Assembly: GCA_030698385.1 (NCBI GenBank)
Contig: JAUYLZ010000022.1
Span: forward strand, 1,301 to 65,300
Direction: 5' to 3'
Source: a bacterium
Lineage (GTDB): Bacteria > Patescibacteriota > Patescibacteriia > Patescibacteriales > XYC2-FULL-47-12
Length of the DNA stretch: 64,000 nt
Below the pieces are notes generated by a model that saw only the letters and a program-made list of their open reading frames with translations, had not been told where the DNA came from and did no database searches. The stretch's first letter is position 1, and every line of letters begins with the position of its first letter. A program made the position numbers and the translations under genes. Positions 25,495-35,729 of the stretch are shown here, piece after piece.

Positions 25495-27306
25495 ATGTTA
25501 GAGTGGTTTAGTTTAGGTAATGTAATAGTGCCAATAATGGTACTATTGATAATTATTTCTTTCTTCGCGGTCATGCGCATTATGGCGCGCAATTATCTAA
25601 AGGTGCCGCCCAACCAGTTGGCAGTAATTTTTGGCCGCAAGTACAAGTACCGAGCCAGCGACGGCTCAACGCAAACGCGCGGCTTTCGTCTAGTCAGCGG
25701 CGGCGCGGCATTCATCATCCCACTACTTGAACATCACAAGGTAATGTCGCTGGACGCGTTCCAAATTGAAACCATCATCAAGAGCGCTCCCTCATCTCAA
25801 GGAGTAAGGGTGACTGTGTCGGCTGTTTCTTCTTTAAAAATCGGCAAGGAAGAAACCATGCTGGAGGCCGCCGCCAGTCGTTTCCTTGATCAAGGACCGC
25901 AACAGATAGAGGAGTTCTGCAAAAGCATTGTAGCTGGCGGACTGCGCGGCGTGGTCGCTACCATGACCGTTGAAGAGTTGGTCAAAGAACGGACCAAATT
26001 CGGCAACAAAGTTCAGGAAGACGTGGCCGGCGAACTGCAAAAAATCGGCCTGAATATTGATAACTTCATTATTCAGGAAATAAGCGATGATCAAGGTTAT
26101 ATTGACGCCTTGGGAAAAAAACAAACTGCGGGTGTAAAACGAGATGCCGCCATAGCTGAAGCGGAAGCGACACGCGACCAAAATATTAGTGTTGCTGAAG
26201 CCCTGCGTGAGTCTGACCAGAAGTCAAGCGAAGCAAGGCGAGCGGGAGAGAAGGCAAAGGCCGAGGCCGAACAGCAGATTTCTGATGTCAGCCAATTGCG
26301 GGATGTTACCATCGCGCAAAACACGGCTCTGGTGCAGGCTGAACAAACGAAAATTAAAATCGCCGCCGACATCGCCGCCGCGCAAAAAAATAAAGAGTTG
26401 CGCATCGCCCAAGTTGAGGCCGAGCAAGCTGAAGTAGAAGCTCGGACCAAGTTGCAGGAAAAAGAGCATGAAAGAAAAGACGCGGAACTGAAAGCCACGA
26501 TTGTGGTGCAGGCAGAACGCGAAAAAGAGGCCGCTATTACCACAGCCGATGGAGCAAAAGAAGCGGCGCGGCGAGTAGCGGAAGGCGAACGGATTAAAAT
26601 TGAACAAGCGGCTGAAGCCGGCAAAAAGAAATCAGAATTGGAGGGTGAGGGAGTAAAATTACGCCAAACAGCTGAAGCTGATGGTCGCAAAGCGGCCGCA
26701 ACCGCTCTCCAGGCAGAAAAAGAAGCCGAGGCCAAAGGTAACCAGGCAAAACTTGAAGCTGAAGCCGAAGGAACCAAGGCCAAACTTCTGGCCGAAGCTG
26801 AGGGCATTAAAGCCAAACTTACAGCCGAGGCCGAAGGTATTGAAAAGAAAGCCGAGGCCTATCAGAAGCTGGATCAGGCTGGCAAACTTTTACTCATACT
26901 TGAGCACTTGCCTAAAATTATTGAGTCTCTGGGTAAGGCGATTAAGGAGGCTGGCGAAGGCACCTTGGCTCCAATGGCGCAGGCAATAGGCACTGGCTTG
27001 GCCGGTGTTGAAGAAATACGCCTCACCGACTTCGGCGGTGCTTCCGGTAGAGATGGCATCGGCAGTGATGTTCTTTCTCGTTTTACCGGCACTATTCCTG
27101 ATGTGGTGTTTAATCTTCTGGCCAAAGCGCAAGCTATGGGTATGGGCGAAAAGGTTGCGGAAATCGGAAAACAATTCGGTTTTGATTTCAGCTCTCTGTT
27201 TGGAGGTAACGCTCAGTCCGTAAGTTTGGCAAGCAGCACGGAGCCAACCGCAAACGAACTGACCGCCGCCCCCGTAGAAGAAGAGGAGAAAATCAACAAT
27301 GAGTAG
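25495..27306 (+). CDS. Flotillin (SPFH/band-7 family, YqiK/FloT-like)
   Basis: N-terminal TM helix, an SPFH domain, a long Glu/Ala-rich coiled coil (AEAEGTKAKLLAEAEGIKAKLTAEAEG) and a flotillin C-terminal region. Confidence 0.9.
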   Translation: MLEWFSLGNVIVPIMVLLIIISFFAVMRIMARNYLKVPPNQLAVIFGRKYKYRASDGSTQTRGFRLVSGGAAFIIPLLEHHKVMSLDAFQIETIIKSAPSSQGVRVTVSAVSSLKIGKEETMLEAAASRFLDQGPQQIEEFCKSIVAGGLRGVVATMTVEELVKERTKFGNKVQEDVAGELQKIGLNIDNFIIQEISDDQGYIDALGKKQTAGVKRDAAIAEAEATRDQNISVAEALRESDQKSSEARRAGEKAKAEAEQQISDVSQLRDVTIAQNTALVQAEQTKIKIAADIAAAQKNKELRIAQVEAEQAEVEARTKLQEKEHERKDAELKATIVVQAEREKEAAITTADGAKEAARRVAEGERIKIEQAAEAGKKKSELEGEGVKLRQTAEADGRKAAATALQAEKEAEAKGNQAKLEAEAEGTKAKLLAEAEGIKAKLTAEAEGIEKKAEAYQKLDQAGKLLLILEHLPKIIESLGKAIKEAGEGTLAPMAQAIGTGLAGVEEIRLTDFGGASGRDGIGSDVLSRFTGTIPDVVFNLLAKAQAMGMGEKVAEIGKQFGFDFSSLFGGNAQSVSLASSTEPTANELTAAPVEEEEKINNE

Positions 27307-27751
27307 CTCTTATCCCCTCTTACGCTCCGAGGATACTGATGGTTTAGTCATCCATTGTTCAGATCCAAGGTTCCAGTCGGCATTCCGCCAGTTTATCAAA
27401 AATGAATTGGGCCTGAATAATCCTTGTTTAATTATTGTCCCCGGCGGCATTCATGATTTGGTATCGTTAGCGCGCCCTAAAGCCGCGCGCCAGCTAAAGG
27501 ACCAGCTGGAATTCATCATAAAAAATATGAGGGTAAAACGCATTATCCTCATCAATCATGATGACTGCAGATGGTACGCCAAATGGAACGCGCTGGTGCC
27601 GGGAAAAATTGGCGATGAAATCGTCAATAACCTAGCCAAAGCGGCCGAAAAAATAATGGAGAAAAAATTCGGTCTGGAAATTGAAATTTATTTAGCAAAG
27701 ATTCAGGCTAACAATGTAATATTTGAACGCTTGGACACTCCGGCTAAATAA
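27299..27751 (+). CDS. Minimal beta-carbonic-anhydrase-like protein (150 aa)
   Basis: IHCSDPRF ... LIIVPGG ... ILINHDDCRW reproduces the beta-CA spacing CxDxR / xxAGx / HxxC. Its start overlaps the flotillin stop (ATGAGTAG). Confidence 0.45.
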   Translation: MSSSYPLLRSEDTDGLVIHCSDPRFQSAFRQFIKNELGLNNPCLIIVPGGIHDLVSLARPKAARQLKDQLEFIIKNMRVKRIILINHDDCRWYAKWNALVPGKIGDEIVNNLAKAAEKIMEKKFGLEIEIYLAKIQANNVIFERLDTPAK

Positions 27752-27774
27752 AATCTTTTTGATTATTTAATTGC

Positions 27775-27808
27775 AAAAGCCCATCTACAGTTTAGATGGG
27801 CTTTTTTC
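27775..27808. terminator. Bidirectional terminator between the two convergent CA-like genes
   Basis: AAAAGCCCATCTA-N5-TAGATGGGCTTTT. Confidence 0.6.
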
Positions 27809-27829
27809 TTTGCTTAAAATAAAAAATTT

Positions 27830-28252
27830 TTATAATATCTCTTCAAATTCAATCTCGCGGCCGCTGTCATCCCGCAAATTCGCCCAAAAAAGCTTTACAT
27901 TCATGCTGGGATTTTTGGCTTTAATTATTTCCGCCGCTTTTTTCATGTCAGCGACTTGTTTGGCTTTTTCTGCCACCGCGTCCGCAAAAGTATACTCAGC
28001 CGCGTAGGCGCCGCATTGGCTGTGATGAAATAGCACCACGCAATGCGAATGGTGAAGCTTGGCGGAAAGCGCGATTTGGCCCAAAAGCATTTCGCCCGGT
28101 TCGCTGTCGTCGGCTATTACTTTCGCCGCGCCGGCGAGCGAAACCAAGTCGCAATCGCCGATGTAGCCCTGCGCCTCCATCCATTTATTCATCTCCCGCG
28201 TCAGGCGGAAATCCATACAGCGTACTAAAACATGCGTACATTGATGAGACAT
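27830..28252 (-). CDS. Minimal beta-carbonic-anhydrase-like protein (140 aa)
   Basis: VRCMDFRL ... GDCDLVSLAGA ... VVLFHHSQCGAY closely follows the pattern of small archaeal-type beta-CAs (TCMDSRL / KNAGN / GHTDCGM). It lies 26 nt downstream of the antiporter gene. Confidence 0.5.
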   Translation of the reverse strand: MSHQCTHVLVRCMDFRLTREMNKWMEAQGYIGDCDLVSLAGAAKVIADDSEPGEMLLGQIALSAKLHHSHCVVLFHHSQCGAYAAEYTFADAVAEKAKQVADMKKAAEIIKAKNPSMNVKLFWANLRDDSGREIEFEEIL

Positions 28253-28278
28253 ATTATATTTATATATTAAATAATGCG

Positions 28279-29688
28279 TTAAGCTGTCGCTATTTTTTGC
28301 TTCTTTTCCATCTTATCCAGTCCGATTTTTAATAACGGCGGGGTAACTAATGTAGTCACAATAACCATAATGACAATCGCTGAAAAGGTCGCGTCATTAA
28401 CCACGCCCAAGCTTTTACCAATAGCGGCAAATATTAAACCAACCTCGCCGCGCGGAATCATGCCCAAACCAATGACCAGGCGCGAGTAACCTTTATTAAC
28501 TACCAGTCCACAAACCTGCTTGCCGATGACGGCGGCAATAGTGAGTCCGGCCGCGACACCAAGCACTTTAACGTCAGTGAATGTCTCCAGTTTAACCTGA
28601 ATGCCCATCAGCACAAAGAAAATTGGCACTAAAAAGGCGGCAATCGGCTGAATCAAGTTTTCAATATGAAACTCGGGAATAATTTTGCCATGATGATCTT
28701 TGCGCGTAAATAATTTAAAATGCACATCATCTAAAATCAGACCGGCGGCAAAAGCGCCGACGATTGTCGCCAAACCAATGGCATTTGCCGCCCAAGCTAA
28801 AATAAAAGCAAAAATCAGCGCGGAAATAACCTTCATGCCTTCAACCTGCATTCGCGCCAGCTTCTTGCCAACCCAAGGAGCAGTATAGGTGCCTATCACA
28901 ATTGAGCCAATAAGGAATACAACCGACTTGAGAGTTATCGCGCCGACTGATATTAGTGATACCGCACCAGTAGTGATAATACCGCTGACTACCGCTAAAA
29001 CTATTAAACCCATAATGTCGTCAATAACCGCCGCGCCTAAGATAATTTTAGCTTCCGGCAGCTGCAGTTTGCCCAAGTCTTTAAACACCCGCGCGGTAAT
29101 ACCGACTGAGGTGGCGGTCAATGTCGCGCCGATAAACAAGTGAACATTCAGCGCAGCTTCCGGAAAAAAGAATTTTGAAACAAAAAATCCGAGAACAAAA
29201 GGCGCGATAACGCCAACAGTCGCGACTAGCAGTGACGGCACGCCGACCTTCATCATTTCTTTAATATTTGATTCCAATCCAACCATGAAGAGCAGAATAA
29301 TTACGCCGATTCTGGATAAAATATCTATATGAATATCACTGGCAATCGGTATAAACCAAGTAATGCCGATGAGATGTAAATTACCGACCAGCACGCCAAA
29401 AATAAGTTCGCCCAAAACAGCCGGCTGGTTGAATTTTTCAAAAATTTCGCCGCCAATTTTTGCAGCCAGTAAAATTACTATAATCCATAATAAAACTGAT
29501 GCCACCGGATCAACATGGCCTGCTCCTTCAGTTCCAGCTTCATGCTCTCCCGCTGTTACCGAATCAATTTCTACAGCCGAGCCATTGTCATAGACGGCTG
29601 GCTCAGGACTTGCGTCAACTACCGCCGGACTTAAAATAAGAGTTGATATAACTGCGAATGTTAATAAATATTTCCTTACTTTTTTCAT
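28279..29688 (-). CDS. Cation:proton antiporter (CPA2, Kef/NapA-type)
   Basis: About 12 TM helices with QPAVLGELIFGVLVG, AVIDDIMGLIVLAV and IPRGEVGLIFA motifs. The start was chosen at MKKVRKYLL (signal-like), although the ORF is open to 29748. Confidence 0.85.
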   Translation of the reverse strand: MKKVRKYLLTFAVISTLILSPAVVDASPEPAVYDNGSAVEIDSVTAGEHEAGTEGAGHVDPVASVLLWIIVILLAAKIGGEIFEKFNQPAVLGELIFGVLVGNLHLIGITWFIPIASDIHIDILSRIGVIILLFMVGLESNIKEMMKVGVPSLLVATVGVIAPFVLGFFVSKFFFPEAALNVHLFIGATLTATSVGITARVFKDLGKLQLPEAKIILGAAVIDDIMGLIVLAVVSGIITTGAVSLISVGAITLKSVVFLIGSIVIGTYTAPWVGKKLARMQVEGMKVISALIFAFILAWAANAIGLATIVGAFAAGLILDDVHFKLFTRKDHHGKIIPEFHIENLIQPIAAFLVPIFFVLMGIQVKLETFTDVKVLGVAAGLTIAAVIGKQVCGLVVNKGYSRLVIGLGMIPRGEVGLIFAAIGKSLGVVNDATFSAIVIMVIVTTLVTPPLLKIGLDKMEKKQKIATA

Positions 29689-29753
29689 ATAGTATATAAA
29701 AAATAAAATAATAAAAATCCTACTTCTTAATTGAAGTAAAATTATCATGTTAA

Positions 29754-30179
29754 TTAGGTAGTATGACTGCCTCTTCCGCGATGCCTTCTTACCGCTTTTA
29801 CTCTCGCCATTTCTTTAGCGATCTTTGCCTGAATAGCTGTAAAGTCAACGTGTTCTTTTTTCTCAAGCATTGTTTCTTGCGCGCGAGTTCTTGCCTCTTC
29901 GGCGCGCGCCTCGTCAATATCCGCCGCGCGTTCAGCCGTATCAGCCAAAATCACAACTTTGGTCGGCAATACTTCAATAAACCCACCGGAAACAGCCATA
30001 GTTTCGATTTGTTTATTAGGCATAACAATTTCGATAACTCCCGCTTGCAAACTGGCGATCAGAGGAATATGGTGCGGCAACACAGTAATTTCACCCTGCT
30101 TGGTCGGCACGGTTAACTGGAGCACTTCTTGTTTAAGAACTACGCGTTCAGGTGTTACGATTTCAAAATGTAATAACAT
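29754..30179 (-). CDS. atpC: F1 ATP synthase epsilon subunit
   Basis: FEIVTPERVV..GEITVLPHHIPLIA pattern. It is the last gene of the atp operon. Confidence 0.9.
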   Translation of the reverse strand: MLLHFEIVTPERVVLKQEVLQLTVPTKQGEITVLPHHIPLIASLQAGVIEIVMPNKQIETMAVSGGFIEVLPTKVVILADTAERAADIDEARAEEARTRAQETMLEKKEHVDFTAIQAKIAKEMARVKAVRRHRGRGSHTT

Positions 30180-30180
30180 A

Positions 30181-30262
30181 ATGCTAATCTACAAATGACA
30201 TGCAAATTCCTCAAATTAATTCGCATGCAAATGTTGCATTGGCAGCATTTGCATGATAATTT
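30181..30262. repeat. ATGCAAAT-type spacer element, copy A (atpD-atpC spacer)
   Basis: atgcTaatctacAaatgaCatgcaaatTcctcaaatt is about 90% identical to 42375..42411. It also contains the inverted repeat CATGCAAATG..CATTTGCATG. Confidence 0.8.
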
Positions 30263-30288
30263 ACGGCATTTACATTATAAATTTTTTT

Positions 30289-31689
<1,401 letters not shown>

Positions 31690-31720
31690 TCATAAATTTA
31701 TGGCTACTAGTGATTATAAC

Positions 31721-31765
31721 TAATCTACATAAATTAATTACTAATTCGCGCAAATCACAAAAATT
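31721..31765. repeat. Degenerate copy of the ATGCAAAT-type spacer element (atpG-atpD spacer)
   Basis: Shares taatctaca, aattaatt and aattcgcNNgcaaat with copy A. Confidence 0.4.
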
Positions 31766-32740
31766 TTAATGACTTTCCAGAGCTTGCGCGCCACCGGCGA
31801 TTTCGGCAATTTCGGAGGTAATCGCCGCCTGTCGCGCTTTGTTATATGTTAATGTCAAATCGTCAATCATATCAGAAGCCGCATCAGTCGCGTTGCGCAT
31901 GGCCATCATGCGCGCGCTGTGTTCCGAAGCGTTTGACTCAAGCAACGCCTGAAACATCTGTATTTCAACCAAACGCGGAATCATTTCGTCCAGCACCTCG
32001 CGCGGGGACGGTTCAAAAATATACTCACGGTTTTCAAAATGCTTTTTTTGCTTTTCAGACACAACTTCAGGACTCATCGCCGCTCCTTCATGAAAACGCG
32101 GCGTCGATGCCTCGCCTGCTTGCGAGCCGATAACACCCAAATATTCATCTTTTTGACTTATATCAATCGGCAGAAGCTGTTTCACGCGCGGTACTTGTTT
32201 TACCGTGGAAATAAAATCAGTATAGGCTAACATTACTTTATCATATTTACCAGATAAATAATCATTGATAACCAAACGCGCGGTTGGTATTACTTCCTCA
32301 ACTTCATTGGTAACGTCCGGTTTTTCAAACTCTGCCGCCAAATTATAGCCATAGCGATAATTAATCGCCGCGCCCTTTTTACCGAGGATGATACAGTCTG
32401 TTTCAACATCACTGTGCAGTTTAATAGAATTGACGGCCTTACTAATTATATTCGCGTTAAAGCCGCCGCACAGACCTCGGTTTGAAGTTATTAAAATTAT
32501 AGCGACTTTTTTCACTTCTTTTCGGGGATTTAGTAAAGTATGCAAATTTTCATTTCTATCAGCGACTTCGGCCAAATTTAACACTGTCAGCCAGCTCAAA
32601 TTCGCGTAGCTTCTGGTAGCCAGCACCGCCTCAATGGCCCGGCGCATTTTTGCAGCCGAAACCAACTCCATCGCTTGGGTAATTTTCTTGGTGTTTTTTA
32701 CCGATTTAATTCTTCGGATTATATCTCGTGTGCTTGCCAT
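31766..32740 (-). CDS. atpG: F1 ATP synthase gamma subunit
   Basis: IKSVKNTKKITQAMELVSAAKMRRA N-terminus and C-terminal ITSEIAEIAGGAQAL. Confidence 0.95.
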   Translation of the reverse strand: MASTRDIIRRIKSVKNTKKITQAMELVSAAKMRRAIEAVLATRSYANLSWLTVLNLAEVADRNENLHTLLNPRKEVKKVAIILITSNRGLCGGFNANIISKAVNSIKLHSDVETDCIILGKKGAAINYRYGYNLAAEFEKPDVTNEVEEVIPTARLVINDYLSGKYDKVMLAYTDFISTVKQVPRVKQLLPIDISQKDEYLGVIGSQAGEASTPRFHEGAAMSPEVVSEKQKKHFENREYIFEPSPREVLDEMIPRLVEIQMFQALLESNASEHSARMMAMRNATDAASDMIDDLTLTYNKARQAAITSEIAEIAGGAQALESH

Positions 32741-32743
32741 ATA

Positions 32744-32983
32744 TTATTTAATTTTTCTCCTTAATTCTTCATATTCTTCTACGGACATATCAAGATCTTT
32801 TAATATTTCTTTTAAGAGGCCAATGCCAAGATCTTCATTGTCATGTACCGGAACAGTAGTTGTGCGCTTACTTTCATGATTGATAAAAAAATGATGGCTG
32901 CCTTTGGAACGAAGCAAAACAAAACCTAAATGCTTTAAAATTTTTATCATCTTCTTAGCAGAGATAATGTTTAATTTTGACAT
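32744..32983 (-). CDS. hicA: HicA mRNA-interferase toxin
   Basis: 79 aa with KILKHLGFVLLRSKGSHHFF...TTVPVH. It is 2 nt after hicB and 3 nt before the atpG start. Confidence 0.8.
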   Translation of the reverse strand: MSKLNIISAKKMIKILKHLGFVLLRSKGSHHFFINHESKRTTTVPVHDNEDLGIGLLKEILKDLDMSVEEYEELRRKIK

Positions 32984-32985
32984 AG

Positions 32986-33225
32986 CTATCTGCTAAATTG
33001 AAGCTGTTGTATGCCGACAAACTGATTTTGCGGAATATTTGCCTCAAAGAATTTCTCGTCCACATCTAAACAAAGCCCGACTACCTCGTTCAGCCGCCGA
33101 TACAACTCCGGCAATGTTTTTGCCTGCGTATAACAACTGCGCAAAGCCGGCACCCGGCCAAGATAATAACCGCTATCATCTTTTTCAATAATCACCGAAA
33201 AATTATAAATTTTTCTTTTTTTCAT
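32986..33225 (-). CDS. hicB: HicB-like antitoxin
   Basis: YNFSVIIEKDDSGYYLGRVPALRSCYTQAKTLPELYRRLNEVVGLCLD (HicB N-terminal fold pattern). Confidence 0.7.
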   Translation of the reverse strand: MKKRKIYNFSVIIEKDDSGYYLGRVPALRSCYTQAKTLPELYRRLNEVVGLCLDVDEKFFEANIPQNQFVGIQQLQFSR

Positions 33226-33574
33226 ATAAAAAACTTGAATTTTTTATTAGTATTTTACAAAATAAAGGTTCAGCTTTGGGAGAGGGGATAGATTGGATAA
33301 TGCGAAAAATTCCTTCGGTGTTAGCGCAATCGGTTTCACGCATTTTCCCATCTTCAGCCGGCATTTTTAACTGTTCCCAAATTGGGAACGGTTGAAAAAA
33401 TTCTTTATCTCTTTCTTTCATTTTTGCCCAATAAGTCTTGGGTTGAGGACTGTCAGTCAGCGCTTCAACTATATCAATAACGGAAAACCACCATTCTTTA
33501 TGATAAATAGTTTTTCTGATTCTTTTGCCTTTAAATAAAGTAATGCGGGTATTGCTATTTTTAGCGTTTTTCAT
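33203..33574 (-). pseudogene. Truncated Bro-N domain gene (paralog of 54604..55431)
   Basis: It shares IRKTI(Y/H)(H/K)xEWWF and CANTEGIFRIIQSIPSxKAEP with the 275-aa paralog. Homology stops after AEP and the ORF runs 23 nt into hicB. Confidence 0.6.
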
Positions 33575-33709
33575 ATTTTATTCGCCTTTGGATATCTCTG
33601 GGTTGATGGCATTTGACAAAAATATTATTTTATTCACTAAACTTTGCCTTCTGGTTTTCTTGTTTTTTTGTTTTAATGTTCCCGTGTTTTTATGTTTTAA
33701 TGTTACGTG

Positions 33710-35239
33710 TTATGAGATCAAATAATCCAGTCCTGATTTAAAATCATTCACTCCTTTTTTCAGCTTCGCCGCCGCCTTATCTTCCAAGAGCCCGGTCTTT
33801 TCTATTTCAGCTAAAACTTCTTTTAAGTTGATGTCGGCGTACTCGTACAGACCTTTTTCAAACTCTTGAATTTTTTCAACCGGCACATCATCAAGCAATC
33901 CTTCGTTAACGGCATAAAAAATCAGCACCTGCTTGCTGACCTCAACCGGCTCGTACTGCCCTTGTTTGAATATTTCAGTTAATCTTTTGCCGCGTTCAAG
34001 TTTTTTCTTCGTGTCGTCGTCCAAATCAGAGCCGAACTGAGCAAAGGCCGCCAGCTCGCGGTACTGGGCGGCATCCAGCTTCATCTTGCCGGCGACTTTT
34101 TTCATCGCCTTCACCTGCGCGGCGCTCCCCACCCGGGACACGGAAATGCCGATATTCATCGCCGGCCTGATGCCTTGATAGAACAAATCGCCTTCTAAAA
34201 AAATCTGGCCGTCGGTAATGGAAATAACATTCGTTGGAATGTACGCGGATACGTCGCCGGCTTGCGTTTCAATAATTGGCAAAGCTGTCAGCGAACCGCC
34301 GCCATAATCTTTATTTAATTTTGCCGCGCGCTCCAAAAGGCGCGAATGCAGGTAGAACACGTCGCCCGGGTACGCCTCGCGTCCCGGCGGACGGCGCAAG
34401 AGCAGTGACATCTGCCGGTAGGCAACCGCATGCTTGCTCAAATCATCATAAATAACAATAACATCCTCGCCCTTGTCCATAAAGTATTCGCCCATGGCGC
34501 AACCGGTATAAGGAGAAATGTAAGCTAGGGCGGCCGGATCAGACGCGCCAGCGACTACGATAGTTGTGTACTCCATAGCGCCATTTTTTTCCAGTTCAGT
34601 CACAATTCGGGCAACTTTACTCTCTCTTTGCCCAATCGCTACGTAAAAACATTTTATACCTTTGCCTTTTTGATTGATAATGGTGTCAATGGCAATCGCT
34701 GTTTTGCCGGTCTGGCGGTCGCCAATGATAAGTTCGCGCTGTCCGCGGCCGATTGGAATCATCGCGTCAATTGCTTTTAACCCGGTCTGGATCGGCTGGT
34801 TGACCGAAGCGCGAGTGATAACTCCCGGAGCGATTTTTTCAACTGGATAAAATTTATCAGCTTTGATCTCGCCTTTGCCGTCAATTGGTTGGCCCAAAGC
34901 ATTTACTACGCGCCCGACTACCGCTTCGCCAACCGGCACTTCGAGAATTCTCCCCGTGCTTTTTACCGTATCGCCTTCTTTTATTTTCAAATAATCACCA
35001 AGAATTACAGCGCCAACGCTGTCTTCTTCAAGATTTAGCGCCACGCCATATATCACCTCTCCGGCCGAGACCTCAAAAGCAAGCATCTCGCTTGACAGCG
35101 CGTCCGAGAGTCCTGATACGCGCGCAATGCCGTCGCCGACCTCGGCCACTGTGCCAATTTTTTCAACCGCCACATCAGTAGAAAAATCATTTATTTGCTG
35201 TTTGAGTTGTTCAATTATGAAATCTTTTGAGTTTGCCAT
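33710..35239 (-). CDS. atpA: F1 ATP synthase alpha subunit
   Basis: [18 protein letters not shown] Walker A, full-length alpha. Confidence 0.97.
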   Translation of the reverse strand: MANSKDFIIEQLKQQINDFSTDVAVEKIGTVAEVGDGIARVSGLSDALSSEMLAFEVSAGEVIYGVALNLEEDSVGAVILGDYLKIKEGDTVKSTGRILEVPVGEAVVGRVVNALGQPIDGKGEIKADKFYPVEKIAPGVITRASVNQPIQTGLKAIDAMIPIGRGQRELIIGDRQTGKTAIAIDTIINQKGKGIKCFYVAIGQRESKVARIVTELEKNGAMEYTTIVVAGASDPAALAYISPYTGCAMGEYFMDKGEDVIVIYDDLSKHAVAYRQMSLLLRRPPGREAYPGDVFYLHSRLLERAAKLNKDYGGGSLTALPIIETQAGDVSAYIPTNVISITDGQIFLEGDLFYQGIRPAMNIGISVSRVGSAAQVKAMKKVAGKMKLDAAQYRELAAFAQFGSDLDDDTKKKLERGKRLTEIFKQGQYEPVEVSKQVLIFYAVNEGLLDDVPVEKIQEFEKGLYEYADINLKEVLAEIEKTGLLEDKAAAKLKKGVNDFKSGLDYLIS

Positions 35240-35309
35240 ATTTTTGTCATTGCGAGGAGCGAAGCGAGGCGAGCAATCCCGTTTTTAACGCGACGTTCTC
35301 TCATTAGAG

Positions 35310-35723
35310 TTAACTAACTAACTTATTTTTTAAAATTTGTAATTTATTCTTAATGCTTGCGTCAATAATGGTATAACCGAATTTTGCTATAAATCCACCG
35401 ATAATTTTTTCATCAATTTTATTATCGGCTTTAATTTCTTTGATATTTAAATTCTGCTTCAAACTCTGCTTAATTTTTTCTATCACCTCATCATCCAAAG
35501 CTTTGGCGCTGACAATTTTACCTTCAACAATTCCTTTTTCAAAATTCCATATATTCACAAACTCCTTGATAACCAGCTTGCTCTTTGTTAGCATCTGGCG
35601 CGCCGCCAAAAGCTTGGTGAAATTTTTTATCACAATCTTAATATCGCCGTCAGTTTCTGCCTGACTGACAACTTCATAAAAACTACGCGCGTATTGTTTC
35701 GGTGTGATTTTCATACTTCGCAT
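35310..35723 (-). CDS. atpH: F1 ATP synthase delta (OSCP) subunit, short form
   Basis: Operon position, and C-terminal IIGGFIAKFGYTIIDASIKNKL typical of delta. Confidence 0.8.
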   Translation of the reverse strand: MRSMKITPKQYARSFYEVVSQAETDGDIKIVIKNFTKLLAARQMLTKSKLVIKEFVNIWNFEKGIVEGKIVSAKALDDEVIEKIKQSLKQNLNIKEIKADNKIDEKIIGGFIAKFGYTIIDASIKNKLQILKNKLVS

Positions 35724-35729
35724 TGAATT

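Noticed and set aside
26097-26816. 239-aa Ala/Ser-rich ORF, together with several other 80-130-aa ORFs on both strands across 25834..27223.
   Set aside because: They lie inside the flotillin gene. The Glu/Ala/Lys coiled-coil repeats (GAAGC/GCTGA codons) stay open in other frames and on the reverse strand. The flotillin frame is the one with recognisable domains.
29689-29748. 20-codon upstream extension of the antiporter ORF.
   Set aside because: The extension is hydrophobic and low-complexity and comes within 6 nt of the atpC stop. MKKVRKYLL followed by a signal-like helix is the more plausible start.
30181-30262. ATGCAAAT considered as a meaningful match to the eukaryotic octamer motif.
   Set aside because: This is a coincidence of a short AT-rich word. 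The relevance here is only its recurrence in this genome's spacers.
35247-35281. GC-rich patch cattgcgaggagcgaagcgaggcgagcaatc in the atpH-atpA spacer, considered as a hairpin or REP element.
   Set aside because: The two arms are mirror-like rather than complementary, so no stable stem forms. No second copy was seen in the window.
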